Of a stretch of DNA of 64,000 bases, positions 1 through 8,157 are shown piece after piece (within the stretch, counting starts at the first letter, position 1; each line of letters opens with the position of its first letter). The notes below the pieces were generated by a model. That model made no database searches. It had not been told where the DNA came from and saw only the letters and a program-made list of their open reading frames with translations. The translations under genes and the position numbers were made by a program. The DNA is from Escherichia phage vB_EcoM-P3322. Where the stretch lies: the sequence record PV191315.1; one strand, 5' to 3'.

Positions 1-329
1 ACTGTAAACTTTGCAGTTTTTTCACTCTTAATATTCTTGACTAATAAGTATTCTCCTCCAGGGGCATCTTTATACTGTTTAATAGCTACTATTTCATTTT
101 TGCAAGTGGCTATAATCGAATAAAAAGGACGTTCCGTGTTATCTTCTTTTCCTGTATATGCCTCAACATCTTTACACTCTTCTAGAACACCATTTCCAGG
201 TGTATAGTAAAACTTGTTGCCTGTGATCACAACATCTTTACCAATATCTGTTTTAACTGCTACAAATTTTTGAGCGTAAGTGGTGAAGCTTACGGTAGCC
301 AGCAATGTGGCTAAGATTAATTTTTTCAT
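1..329 (-). CDS. secreted protein, 3' end cut by window edge
   Basis: ATG at 329 on minus strand; signal-peptide-like N-terminus MKKLILATLLATVSFTTYAQ; frame stays open to position 1; absent from ORF track because no stop in window. Confidence 0.45.
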   Translation of the reverse strand, partial: MKKLILATLLATVSFTTYAQKFVAVKTDIGKDVVITGNKFYYTPGNGVLEECKDVEAYTGKEDNTERPFYSIIATCKNEIVAIKQYKDAPGGEYLLVKNIKSEKTAKFT

Positions 330-340
330 AAACTTCCCTC

Positions 341-505
341 CTATTCCCACAACATACAAATCGCAGCGACAAACATATTAGCAATAGCCGCACCAAGAAC
401 TATAAACATCGCCAGTTCAGAACAATATTCACCAACCAGAGGGGATACTATTGCACAAAGTAGTCCCAATGTCAAACACAAGTTGATGATGAAGTTTAAA
501 ATCAT
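341..505 (-). CDS. small hydrophobic membrane protein (54 aa)
   Basis: Hand-translated MILNFIINLCLTLGLLCAIVSPLVGEYCSELAMFIVLGAAIANMFVAAICMLWE; AAGGAGAG Shine-Dalgarno upstream of ATG at 505; below track size cutoff. Confidence 0.4.
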   Translation of the reverse strand: MILNFIINLCLTLGLLCAIVSPLVGEYCSELAMFIVLGAAIANMFVAAICMLWE

Positions 506-514
506 ATTCTCTCC

Positions 515-679
515 TTACAACCAACCCTTTGCCTGGTAGCCTTTAGAAAATCCATCTTCCCATTCTTCGAATTCCTTTTTGTGTGTCTTTGGACAATATG
601 GATTTACTTTATTAAACATACCAAACTTGAACCCTGCGGTATACCCCTTCTTAAAAGCTATTGATTCTAAAGAGATCAT
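515..679 (-). CDS. hypothetical protein
   Basis: Track ORF 515..706; start moved to in-frame ATG at 679 preceded by AAGAGGAG. Confidence 0.45.
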   Translation of the reverse strand: MISLESIAFKKGYTAGFKFGMFNKVNPYCPKTHKKEFEEWEDGFSKGYQAKGWL

Positions 680-692
680 ATTCTTTCTCCTC

Positions 693-944
693 TTAGAATT
701 CGACAATGATTTTGTCTAAGTGTTCTGCTTCAACTTGGGATAATGTTAACACCTGCACCAAACCTCTGTCAATGCCTAATTTGATCACTTGCAAATAATC
801 ACCGAAAAGATCAGAGATTTCAATCTGGTGTTCAGTAACCACCACGACCTCGTTACCCTTGGTATACTCTCTCCAGATTCGTCCACACTTGTAAATGAAA
901 TCTTTCTGGTCTTCACTGATCATCTTAGGCTTAACGCTTAACAT
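693..944 (-). CDS. hypothetical protein
   Basis: Track ORF 83 aa, tightly packed in minus-strand gene array. Confidence 0.5.
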   Translation of the reverse strand: MLSVKPKMISEDQKDFIYKCGRIWREYTKGNEVVVVTEHQIEISDLFGDYLQVIKLGIDRGLVQVLTLSQVEAEHLDKIIVEF

Positions 945-1282
945 TACATACTCCCGTATTCTGGTTCAATATTATGTTTACGACAAATGGTATCCCAACG
1001 TTCATTACCAAAACTTCTTCCATGTAGAGCGTTAAATGCGAAATGCTCTGCCAACCACAATACTACATCATCAGGATCTGTGTCAAGAGGAATTCTAAAC
1101 TCTCGATCATAACGCATACGCAGAATAAAATCCTTATCATCTTCAAGGAGATACATGTGACTTTTAGCCCGTGATGCCAAATCAAAGAAAGGAGACTCAT
1201 CTTTCCAAACGTGACGCTCAACTTCAACACCATGATCAACTACCAGAGTAGCGATTACCTCTCTCATTTCTTTACTAAACAT
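944..1282 (-). CDS. hypothetical protein
   Basis: Track ORF 944..1300; start moved to ATG at 1282 (MFSKEM...) preceded by GGAGG. Confidence 0.5.
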   Translation of the reverse strand: MFSKEMREVIATLVVDHGVEVERHVWKDESPFFDLASRAKSHMYLLEDDKDFILRMRYDREFRIPLDTDPDDVVLWLAEHFAFNALHGRSFGNERWDTICRKHNIEPEYGSM

Positions 1283-1292
1283 ATTACCTCCA

Positions 1293-1469
1293 TTAACCAA
1301 TTAGTTCAACCGATTTGCAAATGTAAATCCAAACTGGAGTGAGCATAAGAGCTGTACCGAATACACAATTCCACTTAATTCCCATTTCCTCTATTAGAGA
1401 CATGATTAAGCCAACAGCACTAATAATCAGATAGATCCCTAAGAAAGCCATTGTGAAGAATTCAGACAT
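1293..1469 (-). CDS. small membrane protein (2 predicted TM helices)
   Basis: Track ORF 1293..1481; hydrophobic segments FLGIYLIISAVGLIMSLI and ALMLTPVWIYI; start at 1469 is a guess. Confidence 0.4.
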   Translation of the reverse strand: MSEFFTMAFLGIYLIISAVGLIMSLIEEMGIKWNCVFGTALMLTPVWIYICKSVELIG

Positions 1470-1471
1470 AT

Positions 1472-1828
1472 TTAGCTCCAAAGATTATCAAAATAACTAG
1501 CGAATAAAAGACGGCCCTCTAATCGTGCCTTCCTTTGATCTTCAGCATACACGATTTCTGGATTACCACTATCAATAAAAGCATTCTCCATCTTTTCTAA
1601 AATATTTAACCACTCTCTTCTACCTGTCTCCTCTTCTTCATCTGTATACGGCGCACTTCTATTTGGATACAAAACACGCATCAGTTTAGTGGGGATCATG
1701 ACAAACGTGCTATTGTTTGCCTTCTCACGGAAGGCTTTAATTCCTGCATAGATTACCTTCCCCAAAGCTGCATCCAAATCCATCAGGTCACTTTCTTCTA
1801 TTTGAATTTCATCGTGTACAATTTTCAT
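1472..1828 (-). CDS. hypothetical protein
   Basis: Track ORF 118 aa. Confidence 0.5.
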   Translation of the reverse strand: MKIVHDEIQIEESDLMDLDAALGKVIYAGIKAFREKANNSTFVMIPTKLMRVLYPNRSAPYTDEEEETGRREWLNILEKMENAFIDSGNPEIVYAEDQRKARLEGRLLFASYFDNLWS

Positions 1829-2112
1829 CGTGCCTTCTCCCGATCTGCATCTAATTTCAACAAGAAAGCTGTATACTCTTCCGAACCTTGGTGTAAAAAC
1901 ATGTGATAAGAGCTTACCAGTTTCTTCGTTGTCGTATAACGTTCCATTTCCCCAACAACACCTCCACCTAGTGTGTAGAGCACAATACCTTCAACTCCAA
2001 CATAGGTTACTACTTCAACCAAATCTGTGTTATCCCAATAGTAGTTAGGTGACACAATAAGATCGCCCACTGCCAGTTTAATGTTTGCTACTTCATCTTG
2101 TGAATAATACAT
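1825..2112 (-). CDS. hypothetical protein
   Basis: Track ORF 1825..2211; start moved to ATG at 2112 (MYYSQDE...) preceded by AGAGGAG. Confidence 0.45.
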   Translation of the reverse strand: MYYSQDEVANIKLAVGDLIVSPNYYWDNTDLVEVVTYVGVEGIVLYTLGGGVVGEMERYTTTKKLVSSYHMFLHQGSEEYTAFLLKLDADREKAR

Positions 2113-2149
2113 TTGGTTCTCCTCTCTTAATTGATGGAAATAGTATACC

Positions 2150-2641
2150 TTACCACATAATCTCGCGCAACTCTTTTTCTTCTTTAAAATTACGCAAGTT
2201 TTCCAGTGCACGGTTTAGGTCTTCTTCCGTCTCTGCTTTCTGGACTTTTTCCATCATTTTCGCAACAATATTTTTCTTAACTTGCAAATCTGGAACAGGC
2301 ATACGTTTTTCCATTTCATAAACTTCTCGTTTATGACGTTCCTCCATCTCTGCTTTTTCTTTTACCCAATCCGCCTCGTCCATTGCACCTTTGCAGACAC
2401 AAGTGTAACCTTTAATAGTATAATCACCATGTTCAATACCAGGTTGAAGAGCTAAGGCTTCATTACCACAATACGCGCACAACGGACGACCCGGCATTTT
2501 CAAAGTTTTGGTAGCCTTAGCGCCACATTGACTATCCCAGCTTGTTTTATAACTGGAACCATCATCTCCGTGAGAACGACCGACTAAGAAGTTACGGAAG
2601 AAGCCAGTAGCACGTTCGTCGATGTAGTCAGGGTAAGCCAT
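2150..2641 (-). CDS. hypothetical Cys-rich protein (possible zinc ribbon)
   Basis: Track ORF 163 aa; AAGGAG SD; Cys pairs CAYCGNE...CVCKG. Confidence 0.55.
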   Translation of the reverse strand: MAYPDYIDERATGFFRNFLVGRSHGDDGSSYKTSWDSQCGAKATKTLKMPGRPLCAYCGNEALALQPGIEHGDYTIKGYTCVCKGAMDEADWVKEKAEMEERHKREVYEMEKRMPVPDLQVKKNIVAKMMEKVQKAETEEDLNRALENLRNFKEEKELREIMW

Positions 2642-2654
2642 TGTATTTCTCCTT

Positions 2655-2948
2655 TCACATTAAGACACGTTTTGTGTCGATGGGTGCATTATCAAACATG
2701 TTAAGAACATTGTCAAGCAGTTTTACTAATTCGTTTGTAATTTGTTCCTTTGAACGGGAGGAAGTGAGCACTTTGCTTTCACCAACAATATGCATAACTT
2801 TTATAGGAGCGTCTAAAATGATGTTGTGCTGACGATCCTCTTCAAAAGAAGCCAACCATTTCTCATTGTTACCGTGCAAGGCTACAATCACACCAAAACC
2901 GTTAATTGTTTCAGAAATATTCTTAGTTGCTAAAGTAATGTTCATCAT
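2655..2948 (-). CDS. hypothetical protein
   Basis: Track ORF 97 aa; first gene of leftward block. Confidence 0.5.
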   Translation of the reverse strand: MMNITLATKNISETINGFGVIVALHGNNEKWLASFEEDRQHNIILDAPIKVMHIVGESKVLTSSRSKEQITNELVKLLDNVLNMFDNAPIDTKRVLM

Positions 2949-2973
2949 CTACCTCTCTTGTTAATGTTCATAC

Positions 2974-3001
2974 ATGATACCTGAAAATAATTTCAGATCA
3001 A
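2974..3001 (-). promoter_or_regulatory. candidate sigma70-type promoter for leftward block (TTGATC-N16-TATCAT on minus strand)
   Basis: Hexamers read on minus strand in the divergent intergenic region; near-palindrome CTGAAAATAATTTCAG (2981-2996) sits in the spacer. Confidence 0.3.
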
Positions 3002-3004
3002 GTA

Positions 3005-3032
3005 TTGACATACTTTTTAATCTTGTTAAGAT
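3005..3032 (+). promoter_or_regulatory. candidate sigma70-type promoter (TTGACA-N16-TAAGAT)
   Basis: Consensus -35 at 3005-3010, -10 at 3027-3032, about 30 nt before the first plus-strand gene. Confidence 0.4.
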
Positions 3033-3062
3033 CAACTCCTACCAAACAAAAGGAGAAAACAA

Positions 3063-3506
3063 ATGCAAAACATCCAAAACATCAAACTGACTTGGCCCGA
3101 AGCTAAAGAAGCAATGAAGGAAGGTAGACGTGTTGAGCACCGCCATTTTTGTGGTGGCGAATGGTTTGAGATGCGAGATGGTGTTATTCTCGACGAACAA
3201 GGTTATAACATGGAAACTTGGTTCAGAGGGGAAGCTTGGCAGGAAGAGGGTTGGTCTGTAATTGAAAAAGAAGACAGTAAGGAAGAAGGCGTGTTGTCTA
3301 ATGTAGAACGCGAGATGAGGGAAACAAAGATACCTGCTTTGGATTTTGTATACCTGGAAGAACTTGTGGCAGCATCTTTTGTAGCAGGAAACCTTTGGAA
3401 TACACCTGTTAGCCGACTGGAGAACCTAAATAACCCGTCTGCTCGTAATCACAAGCTTTATAAGGGTAAAGGTCACAACAAATTAAAGAAAGGAAAGAAG
3501 AAATGA
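3063..3506 (+). CDS. hypothetical early protein; N-terminus recalls DUF2829-type small phage proteins
   Basis: Track ORF 147 aa; strong SD AAAAGGAGAAAAC; motif WPEAKEAMKEGRRVEHRHF; Lys-rich tail. Confidence 0.5.
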   Translation: MQNIQNIKLTWPEAKEAMKEGRRVEHRHFCGGEWFEMRDGVILDEQGYNMETWFRGEAWQEEGWSVIEKEDSKEEGVLSNVEREMRETKIPALDFVYLEELVAASFVAGNLWNTPVSRLENLNNPSARNHKLYKGKGHNKLKKGKKK

Positions 3507-3652
3507 TCTACAAAAACAAGTTCACTGGTTGTCTCCGTAAATTTATCAATAAGAAAGGGTATGTTTCTCTTGACAAGGGTGTTACGTGGGTGCAAAATGG
3601 CACTTCAGAACAACTGATCAAGGCTTTACCTTACTATGAGGAGGTTTTATGA
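3503..3652 (+). CDS. small hypothetical protein (49 aa)
   Basis: Not in track; ATG 3503 overlaps upstream stop (ATGA) and its stop overlaps next start; MIYKNKFTGCLRKFINKKGYVSLDKGVTWVQNGTSEQLIKALPYYEEVL. Confidence 0.4.
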   Translation: MIYKNKFTGCLRKFINKKGYVSLDKGVTWVQNGTSEQLIKALPYYEEVL

Positions 3653-3909
3653 CACTTTATCACGTAACTACAGAAGGCGACTGTGAAGGCCGCACTACAA
3701 AAGATTTGGGGTATGTTGAAGCAGATTCACCTGAACATGCTATCAAATACCTGCATTCCATCGGGAAGTATGCGGGTTATGAGTATACTATCTACGAGGT
3801 TGAAATTATTAACCTTATACAAGTGGCAACTCCTATGGCAGAGTTGAAACATCTTAAGGCAAAAGTAAGACCTGGTATAGTGTCCGATTACAAAGGGGAA
3901 GTAAAGTGA
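3649..3909 (+). CDS. hypothetical protein
   Basis: Track ORF 86 aa; SD GAGGAGG. Confidence 0.5.
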   Translation: MTLYHVTTEGDCEGRTTKDLGYVEADSPEHAIKYLHSIGKYAGYEYTIYEVEIINLIQVATPMAELKHLKAKVRPGIVSDYKGEVK

Positions 3910-4118
3910 GTGGATGGATTAAAGTATCTGGTACCGAGGATGTTCCTATCGGAGAGTGGCTTGTAATCATGGCAAACGGCAAGAAGGGATTCTGTGAAGT
4001 TAACAAAACACGCAATGGCACGATAGCTGTTATCAATGGTCATTTTTATTTTGACTTGGCACCTGTGATCGCATACCATGCACTACCAACATATGAAGAG
4101 GAGATTAACAATGGCTAA
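3906..4118 (+). CDS. hypothetical protein
   Basis: Track ORF 70 aa; GTG start overlapping upstream stop. Confidence 0.45.
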   Translation: MSGWIKVSGTEDVPIGEWLVIMANGKKGFCEVNKTRNGTIAVINGHFYFDLAPVIAYHALPTYEEEINNG

Positions 4119-4428
4119 CAAAGAACCACATGTATATACTGCACTGGTAAAGCACTTGAACAAAGAACGTAACAGGATCATTGCAGATTATCGTAAATTT
4201 AAACGTAATAGTCTAAATCGTAAATACATGCCACATGCAGCTTTTGACGCTACACGTGCAGTATTTCGTGCAAAGATTGCGGAAATGGATAATCTGCTTA
4301 AGCTTGCACGATTATCTATTCATGCATCCAAAGTAACAGGAGTCACTCACTTCTTTGACTTCGATACTAAAGCACTATATGCACCAGAAGCAGGTGAACA
4401 ATTGATTTATCTACTTACCAAAAAATAA
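4111..4428 (+). CDS. hypothetical protein
   Basis: Track ORF 4078..4428; start moved to ATG 4111 (MANKEPHVY) after GAAGAGGAG. Confidence 0.5.
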   Translation: MANKEPHVYTALVKHLNKERNRIIADYRKFKRNSLNRKYMPHAAFDATRAVFRAKIAEMDNLLKLARLSIHASKVTGVTHFFDFDTKALYAPEAGEQLIYLLTKK

Positions 4429-4431
4429 GTG

Positions 4432-4460
4432 TTGACTTTTTTCAAAAAATATGCTACCCT
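4432..4460 (+). promoter_or_regulatory. possible promoter (TTGACT -35 with weak -10); shares 15-nt motif AAAATAAGTGTTGAC with 17354-17368
   Basis: Good -35 but only weak -10 candidates; lies at the start of a 175-nt structured intergenic region. Confidence 0.25.
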
Positions 4461-4604
4461 AACCCCGAAGGGTCGAGCGATAGCGAGTATAGATTATGTA
4501 ATAGATTAATCTCTATCGTTAGATGTTCGAAGAACAGAGATTTAAGTACTTGTTCTTATCGGTAGATGATCGTAAGATCAAGAACAATAATAGGAGAGTG
4601 TGTT

Positions 4605-4802
4605 ATGTTAGTCAGTGAAATACTACCTGACTCTAATGGTAATCAGATCACTGTTGATTGGTTTCCTGGTACTGGTACACTAGATCTAACTGCTGAATGG
4701 TCTGGTGATATTTATGGAGAAGGTGTATTATCATTGTCTACAGAACAAATGATCATCCTTCGTGACTTCTTAATTAGTTTAGATCTAGGAGAAAACAAAT
4801 GA
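4605..4802 (+). CDS. hypothetical protein
   Basis: Track ORF 4566..4802; start moved to ATG 4605 after TAGGAGAG. Confidence 0.45.
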   Translation: MLVSEILPDSNGNQITVDWFPGTGTLDLTAEWSGDIYGEGVLSLSTEQMIILRDFLISLDLGENK

Positions 4803-5068
4803 GTAAAACTTCTGTTGAGTTTATCGAGAAATCCCCTGTTCCAAAGTTATACCGTTTATCTGAAATTGAACCTATGTCTGTTTTCTACTACTACGATTCA
4901 GAAGTAAGTGAACAAGAACGGGACTACTACTTAGCTACAGATACAGGTGCAGTGTGCTTAACAGGTTCTCGTGCAGGAGAATACATTGTGACTAGTCGTT
5001 TTAATGAAGCAGATTACTGTTGGGCTAAGGTTGAAACTAAGATTGTCATCAACATCACTAATCATTAA
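4799..5068 (+). CDS. hypothetical protein
   Basis: Track ORF 89 aa; ATGA overlap with upstream gene. Confidence 0.5.
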   Translation: MSKTSVEFIEKSPVPKLYRLSEIEPMSVFYYYDSEVSEQERDYYLATDTGAVCLTGSRAGEYIVTSRFNEADYCWAKVETKIVINITNH

Positions 5069-5090
5069 GACTAATCTGACAAAGAGTTAC

Positions 5091-5120
5091 TTGACATGTG
5101 CAAAGCTCTTTGTGTAGAAT
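5091..5120 (+). promoter_or_regulatory. candidate sigma70-type promoter (TTGACA-N18-TAGAAT)
   Basis: Consensus hexamers 30 nt upstream of 5151; flanked by inverted repeat ACAAAGAG...CTCTTTGT. Confidence 0.4.
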
Positions 5121-5150
5121 AAAGATTCACTTACTAAGGAGATTTTATAA

Positions 5151-5348
5151 ATGGCTACAAAGAAACAGAAAATGAAATGTCTTACTCTCACTGAACTGGG
5201 TCAAGCTTCCAACTGCGTTACTGTTGGTAAGATTTATTCTACAGTTCTTGATAAAGACAACAACAGTTTTACTTTCAAAGATGATAACGGAAACCCTCAA
5301 GTTGGAATCTACCCTTCCTGTGCTTTTGGTACTTGGGAAAAAGTGTAA
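5151..5348 (+). CDS. hypothetical protein
   Basis: Track ORF 65 aa; SD AAGGAG. Confidence 0.5.
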   Translation: MATKKQKMKCLTLTELGQASNCVTVGKIYSTVLDKDNNSFTFKDDNGNPQVGIYPSCAFGTWEKV

Positions 5349-5391
5349 CTAATTAGAGGGTATACTTGTAAACAAGATTAAGGAGGCATTT

Positions 5392-5565
5392 ATGGGAGAT
5401 AAACAAAGTAACATCCGTTACGCGCTTTATGGAAGAATGGGTGCAGATTGTGAATGGATGCTTCTGTCGCAACGTATACCCTCTTACAAAGAGGCTCTTG
5501 AAAAAAGAGACTATTACAAACAAACATGGCGTTTTGTCATTTGTAAACACTATTTGGAGGCGTGA
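5392..5565 (+). CDS. small Cys-containing hypothetical protein (57 aa)
   Basis: Not in track; SD AAGGAGG 5 nt before ATG 5392; stop overlaps next start; preferred over alternative-frame track ORF 5429..5653. Confidence 0.4.
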   Translation: MGDKQSNIRYALYGRMGADCEWMLLSQRIPSYKEALEKRDYYKQTWRFVICKHYLEA

Positions 5566-5873
5566 TGAGTACATTATCATTAGCAGTTACGGTGCACCAG
5601 TATTACGAAGAAGCTGTAAAAGATTCAGAAAATCCATCTACATTAGTATTTGAAGATCGGACTGGTCTTAAGTGGGTAGAATCTTGTGGTGAACTTTACT
5701 TTTGGTATCCACAAGGTTGCACAAGTAATTCTAATTTGTATAGTTATGAATTGGAGTATCGTGCGCCTGTAGACGAAGATGATAATTACATCATGTATTA
5801 TGTTAATAATGGTTGCGGTGAAACGTTTAATGTAGTATTCTCTAAAGCCTTGAAGTCCGACGAGGAAATGTAA
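5565..5873 (+). CDS. hypothetical protein, tandem paralog 1
   Basis: Track ORF 5562..5873; shares LSLAV..H..Y...VKD...P..L.F and YELE(Y/H)RAP..EDD..IM with the next gene. Confidence 0.5.
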   Translation: MSTLSLAVTVHQYYEEAVKDSENPSTLVFEDRTGLKWVESCGELYFWYPQGCTSNSNLYSYELEYRAPVDEDDNYIMYYVNNGCGETFNVVFSKALKSDEEM

Positions 5874-6178
5874 TGCGGCACAATACGACTTTAAGTTTGG
5901 CAGTTGCAGCCCACATGCTGTACAATGATTCTGTGAAGGATGAGTTGTCGCCTGTGAGTTTAGCTTTCCATCTGATAGACAGGGATTGGATGTTCTCTGG
6001 TGAGGATGAAATCTACTACGTAAATTCACGCGGTTTTATTGAAAGTTTTGAACTTGAACATCGCGCACCAACAGCAGAAGATGATCGTTTTATTATGTTC
6101 TGTGTAAATGATGGTTACGGAGAGGTATATGACGTAGTATTCTTCAAAAACCGACAGAAGACTGAAGAGGAATTCTAA
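5873..6178 (+). CDS. hypothetical protein, tandem paralog 2
   Basis: Track ORF 101 aa; TAATG overlap; paralog of 5565..5873. Confidence 0.5.
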   Translation: MRHNTTLSLAVAAHMLYNDSVKDELSPVSLAFHLIDRDWMFSGEDEIYYVNSRGFIESFELEHRAPTAEDDRFIMFCVNDGYGEVYDVVFFKNRQKTEEEF

Positions 6179-6541
6179 ATGAAAAGGCTACTTTGTGTCC
6201 TGATGTTGATGATTGCCACCAATGCTACAGCCGCCCGTGATGGTTTCAAGATTGGGGTGGAAGGTAGCCAATTCTTCACTTGGTATGGTGGTGAAGCTGT
6301 CTACCAGGTGGATGATAAAAAGTATAACTGTAAGTTTGATCGTATAGATCGTGGAGTGGATAATTGGGGTGACGCTTACAAAGCCACAGGTTTCTATTGC
6401 ACAAAAGATTTATATATTACAGTCAAAGAACCACAAGACAACAGAAAGGTGTTGTTCATTGTGGTAAACCCTGCTAAATTTGAAGAACGTAAAGCTTACT
6501 ATGCAGATATGTTCATTGAATACAAAAAGGAGGAAAAATGA
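6179..6541 (+). CDS. secreted/periplasmic protein
   Basis: Track ORF 120 aa; signal peptide MKRLLCVLMLMIATNATAA. Confidence 0.5.
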   Translation: MKRLLCVLMLMIATNATAARDGFKIGVEGSQFFTWYGGEAVYQVDDKKYNCKFDRIDRGVDNWGDAYKATGFYCTKDLYITVKEPQDNRKVLFIVVNPAKFEERKAYYADMFIEYKKEEK

Positions 6542-6900
6542 GAGAAACAATCGTAGATGTTGTTATTAATGGTCAACGTTATGTGCCTGTTGTAGAGAAA
6601 GCTGAACCAGATGCTTTAGATGTTGTTTTTGAAGACGATGATCTTGGCACTGTTACTGTGCGTGAATATTTCAGACGACTGCTCTCTACGCTTTGGGAAG
6701 AAGAAGATAGTTTCAGTGGAAAACGCCCTTTCGGTAACTCTTGCTGGCAGTTCGATTTGATTATTGGTTTGATCGATGCTGGGTACCTGGAAGGTAAAGT
6801 TTATCGTGACGAAGATGGTGGTATAGAAGATACCGACTATGATCGGGAAGAAGCAGATAAACTCATCCAGGGTCTGATCGCACGTATGTGTTTAGGTTAA
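6538..6900 (+). CDS. hypothetical acidic protein
   Basis: Track ORF 120 aa; ATGA overlap. Confidence 0.5.
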   Translation: MRETIVDVVINGQRYVPVVEKAEPDALDVVFEDDDLGTVTVREYFRRLLSTLWEEEDSFSGKRPFGNSCWQFDLIIGLIDAGYLEGKVYRDEDGGIEDTDYDREEADKLIQGLIARMCLG

Positions 6901-6901
6901 T

Positions 6902-7270
6902 ATGAAGGTATTAAACTTTTACCATTTAGGCAAAACAATCCCAGAGGGTGCTGTTTATATTGGTAGAGCAATGCCACATATGGGACTAAAAGCCTCTAAG
7001 TTTGCAAATCCTTTTAAGTTAAAAGATGATGAACCACGAGGATCAACCATACAAAGGTATAAAGAGTGGTTGTGGGAGCAAATTCGTTGTGGTAAGATCA
7101 CTCTTGAAGATTTATTAGAGTTAGAAGCGAAAGATTTAGTTTGCTTCTGCTCACCTCAACCTTGTCATGGAGATGTATTGGTAGCAGCCGTAGCTTGGGC
7201 TAGAAAAGAGTGGGACAAAAGGCATCCTACTTATGTAGACAATTATTGGATTTGGGAGGAGAATTTTTGA
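6902..7270 (+). CDS. hypothetical protein, possibly DUF4326-like
   Basis: Track ORF 122 aa; motif LVCFCSPQPCHGDVL recalled as typical of that family; unverified. Confidence 0.45.
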   Translation: MKVLNFYHLGKTIPEGAVYIGRAMPHMGLKASKFANPFKLKDDEPRGSTIQRYKEWLWEQIRCGKITLEDLLELEAKDLVCFCSPQPCHGDVLVAAVAWARKEWDKRHPTYVDNYWIWEENF

Positions 7271-7620
7271 AAAATATTATTGATGTAGATGTGTTTGGTA
7301 TCACAACACTACAAGACAAACAAGCAACACTGTATTATCATAAAAAAGAGGACCAAGCTTACATCTACATCGGGGCAGAAAAGTTTGGTGTTGGAGATAT
7401 GGTTTTAAATGTTGAAGGAGATCTTCCTTTAGAACAAAAGTTGAAAGTTTTTCGTTTCACAGGAGATGTTAAACTAGACGGCGTTATCGCAATCCTACAA
7501 GAAGACCATTATTACATGGTAACTTTCGTTACTCCTGCTTTCTCTGGCCTTAATGGAGAAGAAGCTCTTAATGATGTTATTATCTTAAAGATTGGTAATG
7601 CTCTAAACGATGTAAACTAA
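7267..7620 (+). CDS. hypothetical protein
   Basis: Track ORF 7210..7620; start tentatively at in-frame TTG 7267 after GGGAGGAG. Confidence 0.4.
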   Translation: MKNIIDVDVFGITTLQDKQATLYYHKKEDQAYIYIGAEKFGVGDMVLNVEGDLPLEQKLKVFRFTGDVKLDGVIAILQEDHYYMVTFVTPAFSGLNGEEALNDVIILKIGNALNDVN

Positions 7621-7633
7621 AGGAGGAGTGAGT

Positions 7634-8143
7634 ATGTTCTTTGATGCAAATTCTCTTTTTGTATCTACAGCAGGGCAATCTGCTGTTAATGCAGAATTTG
7701 AGGAAAGAGAAGAATGGATTGATAATCACAACTACGATCCAAGTAATTTAAACTGGTGCAGTTTGGATGTTGGTAATCTTAGTAGAGATAATGCACTTAG
7801 AGCATACTACTCTGTATATACTGTTGACAATCTTTATCAATACTACGTGTTTCGTAGTCTTATTGTTAATCTTAATTTAGCTGGACGTTTAAAGAACAAT
7901 AAGGCATTCACATTGGGACATTATATTCCCTTCCGTAAAGGTGGTGTGCATTTTCCATGCAATTGGATTATTCAAACACGAAAAGAAAACAGTTTAGCAG
8001 GAGACACCATGCCAAGATTTAAAGATAAGTGGACATGGGAAAAACAAATGGGGTACATTAATGCACATTTGCCACCTAATCTAAAAGAACCTTACGCCAG
8101 CAGAGCTAAGGAAATGATGAGGATTGTCAAGAGTTTTTATTAA
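7634..8143 (+). CDS. hypothetical protein, possible HNH-type nuclease
   Basis: Track ORF 7628..8143, start ATG 7634 after AGGAGG; weak HNH-like stretch GHYIPFRKGGVHFPCNW. Confidence 0.45.
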   Translation: MFFDANSLFVSTAGQSAVNAEFEEREEWIDNHNYDPSNLNWCSLDVGNLSRDNALRAYYSVYTVDNLYQYYVFRSLIVNLNLAGRLKNNKAFTLGHYIPFRKGGVHFPCNWIIQTRKENSLAGDTMPRFKDKWTWEKQMGYINAHLPPNLKEPYASRAKEMMRIVKSFY

Positions 8144-8157
8144 GAGAGGAGAAATAC

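Noticed and set aside
5429-5653. 74-aa plus-strand track ORF in an alternative frame
   Set aside because: Overlaps the start of paralog gene 5565..5873; the 5392..5565 frame has a strong SD and stop/start coupling.
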